DNA of 64,000 nt. It comes from a virus. Its lineage: Duplodnaviria > Heunggongvirae > Uroviricota > Caudoviricetes. Both the position numbers and the translations under genes were made by a program. The stretch lies in the IMG/VR virus record IMGVR_UViG_3300025765_000001. One strand, given 5' to 3'. Each line of letters starts with the position of its first letter. Position 1 is the first letter of the stretch. This document shows, piece by piece, positions 17,984 through 27,999 of the stretch. A model generated the notes under the pieces. That model had not been told where the DNA came from. It saw only the letters and a program-made list of their open reading frames with translations, and did not search any database.

Positions 17984-18068
17984 GCCCAGGTGGTGAAATG
18001 GCAGACATGCAAGGCTCAGAACCTTGTGCCAGTTAAACGGCGTGTCGGTTCGAGTCCGGCCGTGGGCA
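17984..18068 (+). tRNA. tRNA-Leu(CAG)
   Basis: CAAGG-CTCAGAA-CCTTG; one acceptor mismatch. Confidence 0.85.
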
Positions 18069-18108
18069 CTTAGGCCCTCTGGGGGTAGACCCTTGGGAGA
18101 CCTCCCTT

Positions 18109-18260
18109 CGATGTTAAGCAGAGACAGCCAGGATGTTGGCTTAGGAGCAGTCATCATATAATGAATGAGTTGGACAATGCCGCCAAAGGCAGGGAAGTCG
18201 GCTACGGCACCTTCCCATTTAGGCGTAATAGCACACTGGCCGAGCTAGTCGAGCCTAACG
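18109..18260 (+). ncRNA. 23S rRNA GTPase-associated centre (H42-H44) mimic RNA
   Basis: AGACAGCCAGGATGTTGGCTTAGGAGCAGTCATCATATAATGAA ... GCGTAATAGCACACTGGCCGAG matches 23S nt ~1045-1112, with a ~57-nt insertion. Confidence 0.85.
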
Positions 18261-18291
18261 CCGGGTGTGTACACACCCGGCGTTATTTTTT
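18256..18291 (+). terminator. intrinsic terminator
   Basis: TAACGCCGGGTGT/ACACCCGGCGTTA plus T6. Confidence 0.88.
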
Positions 18292-18478
18292 GGTACCTGT
18301 ATAACTCCCAAAGTCGGCGACCTGATTCAGTGGCAGTGCGAACATTACTACATGTTTCGCCCGCTCGCCAAAATTACCGACATCTCTCCGTGTGGCAGAT
18401 TCGTCTTCGTAGAAGGGAGTCGGTGCGGAATTCCAATTTCCGAAATTGTGGAAATCCAAAAACCCAAGGAGGCAAACA

Positions 18479-18817
18479 ATGGCAACGACAGCAGATACTC
18501 AATCTAGATATACTCCTGACTGCGGGAAAGTGCCTGTCGGCGAGAAAGTTACCTGTGGTGTTTGCGGGGCCGTGATGAACGAACGTCGCAACGTCAGCGG
18601 CCCTCGTAGTTGGGCACAAGCGATCAGCCGTGGTAGCTCACCGCATGACGTGTTCGAGTGTCCGCACATGAACGAGGACTGGCACAAACAAGTCGTAGCG
18701 TTGCGTCGGAAAGCTAGAAACTCTGTCAGCAAGAAACTAGCCGATATGATGCTACAAGAAGCGGACGAAATTCTGTCTAGCAAAACGGCAACGAAGAAGA
18801 TATACTTCCACATATGA
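18479..18817 (+). CDS. hypothetical Zn-binding protein
   Basis: RBS AGGAGG; CGVC...CP..WH. Confidence 0.65.
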   Translation: MATTADTQSRYTPDCGKVPVGEKVTCGVCGAVMNERRNVSGPRSWAQAISRGSSPHDVFECPHMNEDWHKQVVALRRKARNSVSKKLADMMLQEADEILSSKTATKKIYFHI

Positions 18818-19032
18818 AAAACATCGATGGCATCCAGGTTATCGAGTGGTACGAACACCCGGCGATGAGGGGTGTGAAAGAAGTCCTCGATGTAATGCTT
18901 CCTGGTTGGGGGATCGACGGTCCCTACTGCCCAGGTAAGGCAGACCATTGGACTTTCAAAGTTACCCAGGGTAGAGAAGAAAAAATGGTCCACGTCCACG
19001 ATTTAACCCACGAGGTTACTATAGAAGCATAG
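18814..19032 (+). CDS. hypothetical protein
   Basis: ATGA coupling to the previous gene. Confidence 0.55.
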   Translation: MKNIDGIQVIEWYEHPAMRGVKEVLDVMLPGWGIDGPYCPGKADHWTFKVTQGREEKMVHVHDLTHEVTIEA

Positions 19033-19477
19033 TTCCGCCATTCACAGGCGGTTAAATAGGAGGTAGCCGGAGTAGTTTCAACAGGCCACTCTTCACATTA
19101 GTCCTCCAGTATTTGGGTGGAGTTGCCATCCTAGAGTATCGGTTCAAAGACGGTAGTTGGCATCTGCCTAGCATAGATGCCAATGGACTGAAGAGGAAGT
19201 AATGTTCTGGGAACCATGTCCAAAATGCGGCGGTCCATTCATCTTCCACGAATGTGTGGACGCTGAATAGACTTGTGCTGCCTGTGGGTTTAACTGTTTC
19301 CAATCAGAGTTGCGGTTCCATGTGAAAAATGATATAATGACCCGTATTGACTACATTGGAGACGACAATGGTAGCCTGGACCAAGAATCCTGGCAACGAA
19401 GCCGCACTGCACGTTTTGCGTAAAATAGCAGCTATCGCCATCCGAGCCTTGGAACAATACGGGTGCCCAAGAAGACC

Positions 19478-19873
19478 ATGAGACAAGAACTAGAAAAACG
19501 ATTGGTCACGGAGTTTCCAACATTCTTTCGTGACATGTGGGGCGATCCACGCAAGACGTGCATGGCCTGGGGTTGTTCGCACGGCGATGGCTGGTATCCC
19601 ATTCTGTACGAACTATGTCAAGGCTTGCTAGCGGAGTCTTTGAAAGACCCATCAACTGATTTTCACTTCCTACAGATCAAAGAAAAGTTCGGGCGGCTCA
19701 CGCTTTACCATTCTGGCGGCAACAAGGAGATGTGTTGTTTGATCGATGAAGCCGAAAAGAAGTCCGAATCAATTTGCGAAGAATGTGGCGTTGGCGGCGT
19801 ATCTATTGACTATACGCTACCTTGGTACAGGGCACTTTGCGAAGGGTGTAAAATACGGACCAACCAACCCTAA
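19478..19873 (+). CDS. conserved phage hypothetical protein
   Basis: GDGW..QIKEKFGRL..SESICEECG pattern, common in large phages. Confidence 0.7.
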   Translation: MRQELEKRLVTEFPTFFRDMWGDPRKTCMAWGCSHGDGWYPILYELCQGLLAESLKDPSTDFHFLQIKEKFGRLTLYHSGGNKEMCCLIDEAEKKSESICEECGVGGVSIDYTLPWYRALCEGCKIRTNQP

Positions 19874-20044
19874 CTAGAGATGTACACTGCCTGTTCGACT
19901 GGATGACCGACGAACGCAATCTAGATAAGAAAAACTGGACAATTTTAGTTAATCCACTCTTCTGGGCGATAGGGTGCATGGCAATGATGTTTATCGCCGT
20001 GTGCTGTTTGTGTATGATGTGTCGGTCAAGGCCAAAGTTTTAAC

Positions 20045-20129
20045 GGGAACGATCCGGCTGGATGAGGGTGCCGTCTACTAAACGAACTGGACTGAAAAAA
20101 TCTTGTGGATTCGAGTCCCACCGTTTCCG
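20045..20129 (+). pseudogene. degenerate tRNA-Ser-like gene (ACT)
   Basis: GGGAACG/CGTTTCC-G acceptor; mispaired anticodon and T stems. Confidence 0.55.
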
Positions 20130-20474
20130 CTATGGATACCTACGACAATAACCAGCAACCATACGGCTCCAACTGGTGGGATTTTTGGTTCATCGCTTTA
20201 ATGCAGGAAAGGCCAGGTTCCCCCTGAACTCAAGAAGCTCTACGACCACCCAATTCGCCAGCAAGTTCCCTGGCTGCTTTCCCCCGAATGGGTCAGACCT
20301 TGTGATTGGGTTGAGGGGCGTCACGAAGGATGAACCTTTTCAGGGGCAGGAGTATCATATAATGACTGTGAGACAGGGAAACGGCCTCCTGGTCACAGCC
20401 CTTTTGTTTTTACTGGCTGTCGTTCTTGGCGTCTTGGCAGCCGCCTTCTTGCCGGACATCCTTGAGAGGTTACT

Positions 20475-20858
20475 ATGATCCCTGAAGAACGTCGTGCGAA
20501 ACATGCCGAGCGATTTGCCGAAAGACAGGCCAGAGTCGCCCTGCTCAAAGGACTGTCGCCCGAAGTACGCAAAGCGACTATCGCCGAAAAAAAAGAGCAG
20601 ATTAGGAAGCTCAATGAGGAACTTGAGGAACTAAAAGACTCCTGCTCGCCGCACCAGTTCAAACCGTTAAGTAAAGAAGACCTGGATGACAAATGGATGT
20701 CGGTCGGGGCTAGTTGCATCATCTGCGGGGGGCACTTCGGCTGGCGTTGTAAAGTTTCGCCGGATGGCGTTTGTCATTACCACACCGAAGATGGTAAAAT
20801 AGAACTGAGCGACGGCACCCAATGTATCTGGTGTGGGCATTCAAGCGAGAGAAAGTAA
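20475..20858 (+). CDS. hypothetical Cys-rich protein
   Basis: Coiled N-terminus, CIIC/CHY/CIWCG. Confidence 0.65.
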   Translation: MIPEERRAKHAERFAERQARVALLKGLSPEVRKATIAEKKEQIRKLNEELEELKDSCSPHQFKPLSKEDLDDKWMSVGASCIICGGHFGWRCKVSPDGVCHYHTEDGKIELSDGTQCIWCGHSSERK

Positions 20859-20860
20859 CC

Positions 20861-20889
20861 AAAAGGCCCGCCGCAAGGCGGGCCTTTTT
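20861..20889 (+). terminator. intrinsic terminator
   Basis: GGCCCGCC-GCAA-GGCGGGCC plus T5. Confidence 0.85.
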
Positions 20890-21097
20890 GTCTTATGACA
20901 TACAAAATAATCGTACCTGATGATAGACACGAAGAAGCTAGGCTTGGGTTGCCTTGACCGCTTTACTGTTGCCACGGTCTAGTGGCAAAACCAGTAAGGT
21001 GTGACGAGTTCAATGAAAGCGTCAAGGTTTTTGAACTAGATCGGAAATTGTTTGCTGTTCCTGTTAGTTGGTTGCAGGAAATGCCAGGGTAAAGAAA

Positions 21098-21701
21098 ATG
21101 AGCGACATAGAATACTTCATGGCAACCTATGGATTCCGTCCAAAGGATGTGATATTGGTTCCCTACAGTAGCCGAGTCTACGGCACAGCTACCGACCGCT
21201 CAGACTACGACTATATCACCATTATTCCGACCAACCGGTTTGCTGATACAAGTACGGAATACCGCCATAATGAAACCAACGTCCATATGTACAATCGACA
21301 TGATTTCCAACAGTAACTCAACAGGCACAAGATTCACGCTCTCGAAGCCTACTTCCACCCCAGCCAGCTTTGCAAAGCATTCACCTTCACATTGAATCCC
21401 TCCGTACTACATGAGGAGATTTCATCCAAGGCTTCCCATAGCTTTGTTAAAGCCAAGAAGAAGATCGAAAAGGGAACATGATTACTACATTGGTTTCAAG
21501 AGTCTCTTCCACTCCCTTCGTATCCTAGTCTTCGGCACACAGGTAGCCACGGTTGGGAAGATCGAGGACTATGGGGCAGCCAATCACTACTGGAAAGAGA
21601 CCATTAAAGCCAGTCAATACACCTGGGATTATTACAAAGACAAGTACCAGCCGGTGTATAATGCCCTGGCTACCGAATTCATGAGAGCGGCACCGAAATG
21701 A
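21098..21701 (+). pseudogene. pol-beta-type nucleotidyltransferase pseudogene
   Basis: YSSRVYGT..SDYDY motif; in-frame TAA at 21314 and frameshift near 21470. Confidence 0.7.
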
Positions 21702-22699
21702 GATTGAGCGTTTTCACTCCGACTCACAACCCCCAGCATCTTCGCAGACTAGAAGCATCTCTCAAAGATCAGGCTTTTCAGGACTTCGAGTGGATCATTG
21801 TGCCCAATGGCATCGCTTTGGAAGGGGAGTGGCACAACGCCAAAATTATTCCATCTGAGCTAGGGCGGATTGGTGCTTTGAAGAAATTCGCCTGCTCCCA
21901 GGCTACCGGAGACATTCTGGTAGAGGCCGACCACGACGATGAATTGTTCCCCAATGCACTTGAGGAAGTTGTTTTGGCTTTCCAAAAGCCCCATGTAGAC
22001 TTCGTGTATTCCAATTCGTGTAATGTCCGAGACGGCAAACCCCATCGTTTCAGCGACTCGTTTGGCTGGAAATACCGGGACGTACAATACAAGGGACAGC
22101 GGCTACTTGAAACCGTTGCTTTCAAAGCCAGCCCTATTACACTGAGTCAAATCTGGTTCTGCCCAAATCACATACGAGCTTGGCGACGGCCTTTCTACGA
22201 ACGTATCGGGGGGCATCAGGACATAGTGCTGGACGATCAAGACTTATTATGTCGTACCTACATAAAAGGCTGGGTAGAGCATATAGACAAACCACTTTAC
22301 GTCTACCATCTCCACGAAGCAAACTCCTTCCGAGAATTAGCAGGAAATGTCGTCCAGGCTTCAATGGCTCTGTATGACAAGTATATTAGAAACGTGGTTC
22401 AACGGTGGTGTGAACTACATATGCTGTTGTATGCCGATTATCAAGAATACTTCAACAACAGATTTCCTGGCAGGGGCAGGAAAGGCGAAGTAGGTGCCTT
22501 CATAGCTAACGACGTATCTAAAATACCACAAAATAAGTTTCTAAAGGACACCAGCCGTTGTCTGGCTAACAACGGCTGGGTGTTTTTGAACACTGAGTCG
22601 TCACGCTGGACTCGCCAAGCTATAGAGAGCATGGGGTTTGTAGTCATCAGGGCCAATTCCAATCGCCAGCGACTTGTGTTGGATTTTACAAAACAGTGA
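21698..22699 (+). CDS. glycosyltransferase family 2
   Basis: LSVFTPTHN, DFEWIIV, EADHDDEL, DDQDL. Confidence 0.85.
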   Translation: MRLSVFTPTHNPQHLRRLEASLKDQAFQDFEWIIVPNGIALEGEWHNAKIIPSELGRIGALKKFACSQATGDILVEADHDDELFPNALEEVVLAFQKPHVDFVYSNSCNVRDGKPHRFSDSFGWKYRDVQYKGQRLLETVAFKASPITLSQIWFCPNHIRAWRRPFYERIGGHQDIVLDDQDLLCRTYIKGWVEHIDKPLYVYHLHEANSFRELAGNVVQASMALYDKYIRNVVQRWCELHMLLYADYQEYFNNRFPGRGRKGEVGAFIANDVSKIPQNKFLKDTSRCLANNGWVFLNTESSRWTRQAIESMGFVVIRANSNRQRLVLDFTKQ

Positions 22700-22928
22700 A
22701 GCCCCTATTTTTCAAGTGGCAAATCGTAGTAGATGGTAAATAGGCCCCGGTAGAATCTGGATTCCAGGCTGTGATTTGCGAATTGGTGAATAGCATCCTC
22801 TCTTTTGTTATTACACTATCCACATCGCAAAGGATATAGTCGATCTTCTCTTCTTCTTTGGGAAGTGGATTGCATCCACGATAGGTACTCTTCCTCTTCG
22901 CTTTGATTACACAACTCATGATGAGCAT
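22686..22928 (-). CDS. hypothetical protein
   Basis: ORF with RBS AGGAG. Confidence 0.4.
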   Translation of the reverse strand: MLIMSCVIKAKRKSTYRGCNPLPKEEEKIDYILCDVDSVITKERMLFTNSQITAWNPDSTGAYLPSTTICHLKNRGFTVL

Positions 22929-23302
22929 GTCTCCTTAAATGCATCCTGGTCCTTAGCCAGCTTCTTTGGTTCCGGGTAGTGGTTCACTTCTATACTTGGC
23001 TTATCTAGCCCAGATACCGCTGCCGGTGGTATGCTGAAAATTACCGGGTCGCTGGGGTTAGAATATACCCTCTGGCCGTTTGGCAGCACGGTAATGTTCT
23101 TGATCCATGTCTTAACCGTATCGCCGTGATCAGCCACAACGGGGTACGCTCTGGCTGATCCAGGGATATAAAAGCTCCTCGTAAACGAGGCATCACCTGG
23201 GCGGCTGATCTCCACGTAGACCAATCTCCGCATCACATCTTTTGAAGGCCGTATGTATATAGTCCTTTTGACCGACCTTGCTATAGGCATGGCTACTCCC
23301 AA
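22916..23302 (-). CDS. hypothetical protein
   Basis: ORF downstream of a TATATA motif. Confidence 0.5.
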   Translation of the reverse strand: MGVAMPIARSVKRTIYIRPSKDVMRRLVYVEISRPGDASFTRSFYIPGSARAYPVVADHGDTVKTWIKNITVLPNGQRVYSNPSDPVIFSIPPAAVSGLDKPSIEVNHYPEPKKLAKDQDAFKETCSS

Positions 23303-24409
23303 AATCGTTGAAACTACAAGTATATATCCATGATGGACTCTATTGGACTACATTTTGGGGAGTGACTTATGCTTAAGGAGAAGGTACGGATACCGCTCCC
23401 GAAAGTGGAGCAGGTGTCGAACTACGCCTATAGCCCTGCTATATTGCGGGCCATTTGCCAATACTAGGGATTGCAGGACCAGCAAGAAAGATGGAACCGA
23501 ATCTGAAGACCTAATTAGAGTTGCGAAGAAGTACGTCCTCCGGGTCAAAGAGGTCCACGACATGAGTTTGGATCGTTTGGAAAAATTCCTAGACGAAGGC
23601 AAGCCTGTAACGGTGCTTCGCTGGCTTCTTCGAGAATAGGGAAGGCGTCTATGTTTCCCTCTCAATCGACGGTACCTACAAATGGCGACACCATGTTGCC
23701 GGACACGACTATCTCGTTCCTTTGGGACTCGTCAAGTTTGTCACCAACGAAACCGATATGGTCTACAAAGACGAGCGGGTGGATTTCAACGATGATTTCG
23801 TAATCGCCAACAACATCGAGCCAATGAGAGTAAAGGTGTTCTCATGAATGTGACACAAGTAACGGCTGCGAGCTACGCCGAGTGCGGTGGGAGTGGTTAC
23901 GGCATCTATGAGAAACCTGGTCCTAATCCATGTGCGAGATGTAACCCATGACAGAAAAGCCAGCAGGCAGGTAGAACGAGAGGATTTCTTCTCTACAATC
24001 CTTTCACAGAACGTTACTTTTTCAGAATTTACGACCCTGAAGACAAGCGTAAGTTCAAAGACTACCGCATTGGTGCGGAGAACATCGAGGTAGAAATTCT
24101 GCTGATATTTTACAACGAAAGCATGTTATCCGTCTCGACTGGTCTAGCCAAGTCCTCGGAAAGAAGAAATAAATGTTGCCAATCGAAAACCCGATGGTTG
24201 CCTGTCTTAGCAACCATCTAGCTATTTGGATGAACCGGGCAATGACTGCCGAGTGTGACTTGGACCGCTATAAGCAGCACCATCCATGCATCAACCCAGA
24301 TTGCCCGATGTGTAAAGGAAACCCAGATGATACACATGACGGGGCCGAGAAACCCCTTTCCTCCTGAGTCGCCAATACACACTCGCATTAACACCACATC
24401 TCGGTCTCG

Positions 24410-24909
24410 TGATTAGTGTCAAGGACTCAGCCCATTCTTTCTGGGGCCAGTCGATCTCTATAGTTACTACACCGCTCAAAATGTAGAGAACGGATGGCAA
24501 TACACCAAGGTCTACCCCGAATATGTTGATGAAAAAGGGGAACCGTCCGAAGACTACTTCACCTGGGCTATTCACGGCTGGAACCTGAAACGAGCCATGC
24601 GATACCCTATAGGAAAGGATAAAAAGCCTCCCTATTCCTGGTGGAACGGCCAAAAGCTCCCTTATGTCGAGCCAGAAAGAAGATATACGCCCCGCTCTAT
24701 GCCAAGGCCGTAGAAGGAACAAAGGCGTACAAAAAACTGTTTATGAAAAGTGGGGCGAACTTTGGTTGTGGGATTTCGATTCCTACGACTACATCAAGCT
24801 AGGAATGACCTTGCAAGATGTCATCAACTGTGAGACAAGGAAGTGCGGTCACGGCTTTATACTAGCCATGATGTTGCAAAATCAAAGGGTATGGGAATGC
24901 ACGACCTAA
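24410..24909 (+). pseudogene. DUF6939-like pseudogene
   Basis: GLSPFFLGP..NVENGWQYTKVY..RYPIG frame broken by frameshifts; ends LWDFD..GHGFILAM. Confidence 0.5.
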
Positions 24910-25397
24910 TTCTAGAATTCGACGGAGGTTGCGAGCCTGTCAACCCTGGCGGTTTGGCTATAGGCTCCTTCTTACTCCGTTCTCCAGATGGCAAGATCAT
25001 CGAAAGCGGAGCTACCTTAGCAGCCAGTTATTCTCCCCAGGCTACAAACAACACAGCCGAGTTCACCGGCCTGCTCCTTGGTCTGGAAACTGTGGTGGAG
25101 CGTAGTTGGCCTCAGCATCTAAAGATCACCGGAGACTCAGAAGTGGTCATTAGGTGGTTCCTCCAGAGACGGTGTGTAATCAAGCCTAATCCGAAAGCAC
25201 CGCATCTTGAGCCAATCAAATTGAAAATCAGAGATATCCTGCTGGCTGATGACCGTCAGTGGACTGCCGAGCATGTGTTAAGAGAATACAACTCCGATGC
25301 CGATAGAATCGGGCGTGAGTATATGGAAACATTAGAACCGTTCGATGCTGGCAAGCTGTGGCCCGATCACTGGTGGAACCATAGAGGTAAGAAATGA
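24897..25397 (+). CDS. ribonuclease HI-like protein
   Basis: FDGGCEPVNPG, TNNTAEFTG, GDSE, REYNSDAD. Confidence 0.88.
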   Translation: MHDLILEFDGGCEPVNPGGLAIGSFLLRSPDGKIIESGATLAASYSPQATNNTAEFTGLLLGLETVVERSWPQHLKITGDSEVVIRWFLQRRCVIKPNPKAPHLEPIKLKIRDILLADDRQWTAEHVLREYNSDADRIGREYMETLEPFDAGKLWPDHWWNHRGKK

Positions 25398-25690
25398 GAA
25401 TTTGCTACCACGGAACGAGCGAGGAAAACGCTCGAAGCATCCTCTGTCAAGGTTTTCGTGATGGCACTTGGTTTGCCGCCAATCTACAAGACGCAATCGG
25501 CTTTGGTGGACTTCACGTTTTTCAAGTCGTATTCGATTTCGATGAACCTCCAAATTGGCAATTCACATCACCGCCAGTAGCCCTTGACCGCATCGTTCGC
25601 TATACTATCTACCAGCAAGAAGTCCTACTTGAAAACGAGGAACTGAGAAAGCGTATTTTTGAACATAACTTTAACCGAAACCAGCTATGA
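25394..25690 (+). CDS. hypothetical protein, ADP-ribosyltransferase-like N-terminus
   Basis: YHGTS..ARSIL..GF..TWF. Confidence 0.45.
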   Translation: MRICYHGTSEENARSILCQGFRDGTWFAANLQDAIGFGGLHVFQVVFDFDEPPNWQFTSPPVALDRIVRYTIYQQEVLLENEELRKRIFEHNFNRNQL

Positions 25691-26034
25691 CTCATACCAG
25701 CACTCGCCTGTTGTTAAACAACAACACCGCCAACCCGATCACCCTGCAAATCATGTGGGTCGCTGACGAGGATAGCCACGGTTGGAAGGGCCAGTGTACC
25801 GTTTGGAAGGATCGCAAGGACAAAATTGCAGAGGGGCACATAGTTTCACTTCGCCAGGGTCAACCTCTCGGCTCGATCAGCGTCAACCTAGACGAATGCA
25901 AGGGCGGGGCCTGGGTTTTCCACTCGTTTGAAGGCACTGGAATCACCGAGCGAGACCTGCAATGGGCAACCGCCTGGGCTGCCATCGCCATCCGAGACAA
26001 GCGGTTGCATATGCAGGAAGAGAAGCTGTATTGA
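25687..26034 (+). CDS. hypothetical protein
   Basis: Translationally coupled ORF. Confidence 0.55.
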   Translation: MTHTSTRLLLNNNTANPITLQIMWVADEDSHGWKGQCTVWKDRKDKIAEGHIVSLRQGQPLGSISVNLDECKGGAWVFHSFEGTGITERDLQWATAWAAIAIRDKRLHMQEEKLY

Positions 26035-26550
26035 CACCCGACTTTTCTGGACTACAATGAGCGTGGTGTTGAAGGTCAAAATCAAACGGCACCGTCGCAG
26101 TGCCGGGCCAAAGATTGAAGAAAGCGAGTGCTTCGGCAAACCTTGCCTCAGAGATGAGGGCAGCGGCACAAGCTCACATTTTTAGGCCGTCAGCAACGCT
26201 TCAGAAATGCCATAAGGACTGCGAACGAGATGTGGAGATTGAGGGACGCCCTCTGCGTTTCATCTTCACATACAACGTCCTTACGCCTGAATCCCACGGC
26301 TTCACAGCCGAGTTCTGGCACCTTTCTGTCTCCGATCACCGCCGCATTCCCATTGAATGGAAACTCCTTAAGCGTATCCTAGCTGCGTTCTTCGACTCGG
26401 AAAGCCTGTGGAAAGGGGTTACGTTCCTGGTATCGCCCTGCATTTCTCACAGATCGTCAAGCTCACCAAGTGAGTTTTGTGCTTTACAGCAAGCACGAGG
26501 AGACTAGAATGATGGTGTGAACTCGACTCTTTTGAGAAAGAGGCACCGTC

Positions 26551-26865
26551 ATGATCTATTTTGTACACAGCGGGCGAGAATCGCTCTGTCGTGACGAGAA
26601 TCTAGCCCTCTACTACTGGCTGCTCGCCCGCTGCCCTTCCACTGTTGCCACACTTCCGCAAAACGAATCCCCTGTCGAGGTCAAGAAGGCCCCCAAAGGG
26701 ATGCCGCAACCTGGGCAGGTAGTCCCGCTGGCTCTCGCTGCGTGTGAGCGAGAATTCGGCAAGACCCCAACCTTTGACGCTACCAAGGATGTCAACGGCC
26801 AATGCCGGGACATCTTGGAGTGGTTAAAAACCCACGGAGACATTACGCAGTTGGAGGAGCGGTAA
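26551..26865 (+). CDS. hypothetical protein
   Basis: ORF with RBS GAGG. Confidence 0.5.
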   Translation: MIYFVHSGRESLCRDENLALYYWLLARCPSTVATLPQNESPVEVKKAPKGMPQPGQVVPLALAACEREFGKTPTFDATKDVNGQCRDILEWLKTHGDITQLEER

Positions 26866-27175
26866 TGGACGAGTTGCTGGCTGTGAATACCAGCCCGATG
26901 GACCAAACCGTGTTAAAAGCCCTATCAACCGACTATAAAGGAACGCCGTTCGGCTCTCTGGTGCCTTACGCCGTTGACGCCGAAGAGCGGCCCTACATCT
27001 TCGTGAGCGACATCACAAACAAGGAACGGGAGGAACTGCATAAGCCAAGACCTTCAGCGATTTCGGCGACTTCCATTTCTTCAGACTAGAGATCGAGCGA
27101 ATTCACTATATCGGCGGGTTCGGAGAAATCCATTGGATAGATGTCAAAAACTACACCAAGGAATGGAAGCAGTAA
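26865..27175 (+). pseudogene. HugZ/PNPOx-like FMN split-barrel pseudogene
   Basis: GTPFGSLVPY..PYIFVSD, then in another frame GDFHFFRLE..YIGGFG..WI; middle deleted. Confidence 0.6.
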
Positions 27176-27198
27176 ACTCAGCCCCGCCTCTGGCGGGG

Positions 27199-27990
27199 CT
27201 ACATTTTTAGGCTACTTCGTTTGGGCAGTAGTTCGTCAATCGAATTGTATATGCTCGATCCATTCCATTCCAAAATGTTGCGATCTTCCCTATCTAGCCA
27301 AACCCGGCCTTCATCGTTGGTGTGAACTCTACAGATAAACTTGCCAAGCATCCTCATTGGGACCAAAAAGAAGTGGCGATATAACAATAGAGCCTCATCA
27401 GGCGTGTTTGTCCGTCTATTACACAGCCCACGTTTATACAAACCATTAGGCACATCGAAACTTCTACTAAACACACCGAACGTAGTCAAAAACGCTGTTG
27501 TCAAAATTACTTCCGGCCAGGGCGTAAACGGCTTGTTGGTTTCCAAATGCTCCTTAGCCCACTCAAGAGCCTGGACCATCCGCCATTTAGCAGTTCCAAA
27601 CAGATGATCGCTCATGTGCAATGGGTATTCCTTGCGGAAATATACGTTGCCGCAACATACCTTATCTGGATGTTCTCTCATGGCGTCTATAAAACAACTG
27701 AGATCGCTATATGACTCGTCCGACCGAACCTTGATACACATCTCGCCAGTGCTGCACAGCAGGCCATTCAATGTAGAAATAGTTTGAAGATGTATGTTGG
27801 ACCGGCTTATCATCGGTCGTCTTGGATATGGGCTGACCACCAATTTGATGTCGCCCGGCAATGAATTTAGTAGTTCTGGACTATCGTTTTCCCAGCACGA
27901 AACAATTACCTCGCCGAACTTTTTGTAGAATGGAATTGTTCCTATGGTAAGCGGGTGTAGTGGCCCTTGTATGATAATAGATGTATCCAT
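27199..27990 (-). CDS. WavE-like LPS synthesis protein
   Basis: SIIIQGP, IVSCWE, QTISTLNGL, KVRSD, HMSDH, PEV. Confidence 0.75.
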   Translation of the reverse strand: MDTSIIIQGPLHPLTIGTIPFYKKFGEVIVSCWENDSPELLNSLPGDIKLVVSPYPRRPMISRSNIHLQTISTLNGLLCSTGEMCIKVRSDESYSDLSCFIDAMREHPDKVCCGNVYFRKEYPLHMSDHLFGTAKWRMVQALEWAKEHLETNKPFTPWPEVILTTAFLTTFGVFSRSFDVPNGLYKRGLCNRRTNTPDEALLLYRHFFLVPMRMLGKFICRVHTNDEGRVWLDREDRNILEWNGSSIYNSIDELLPKRSSLKM

Positions 27991-27999
27991 AGCTACGCA

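Noticed and set aside
18109-18260. True 23S rRNA gene or rRNA operon
   Set aside because: Similarity covers ~100 nt only, flanked by a tRNA and a terminator
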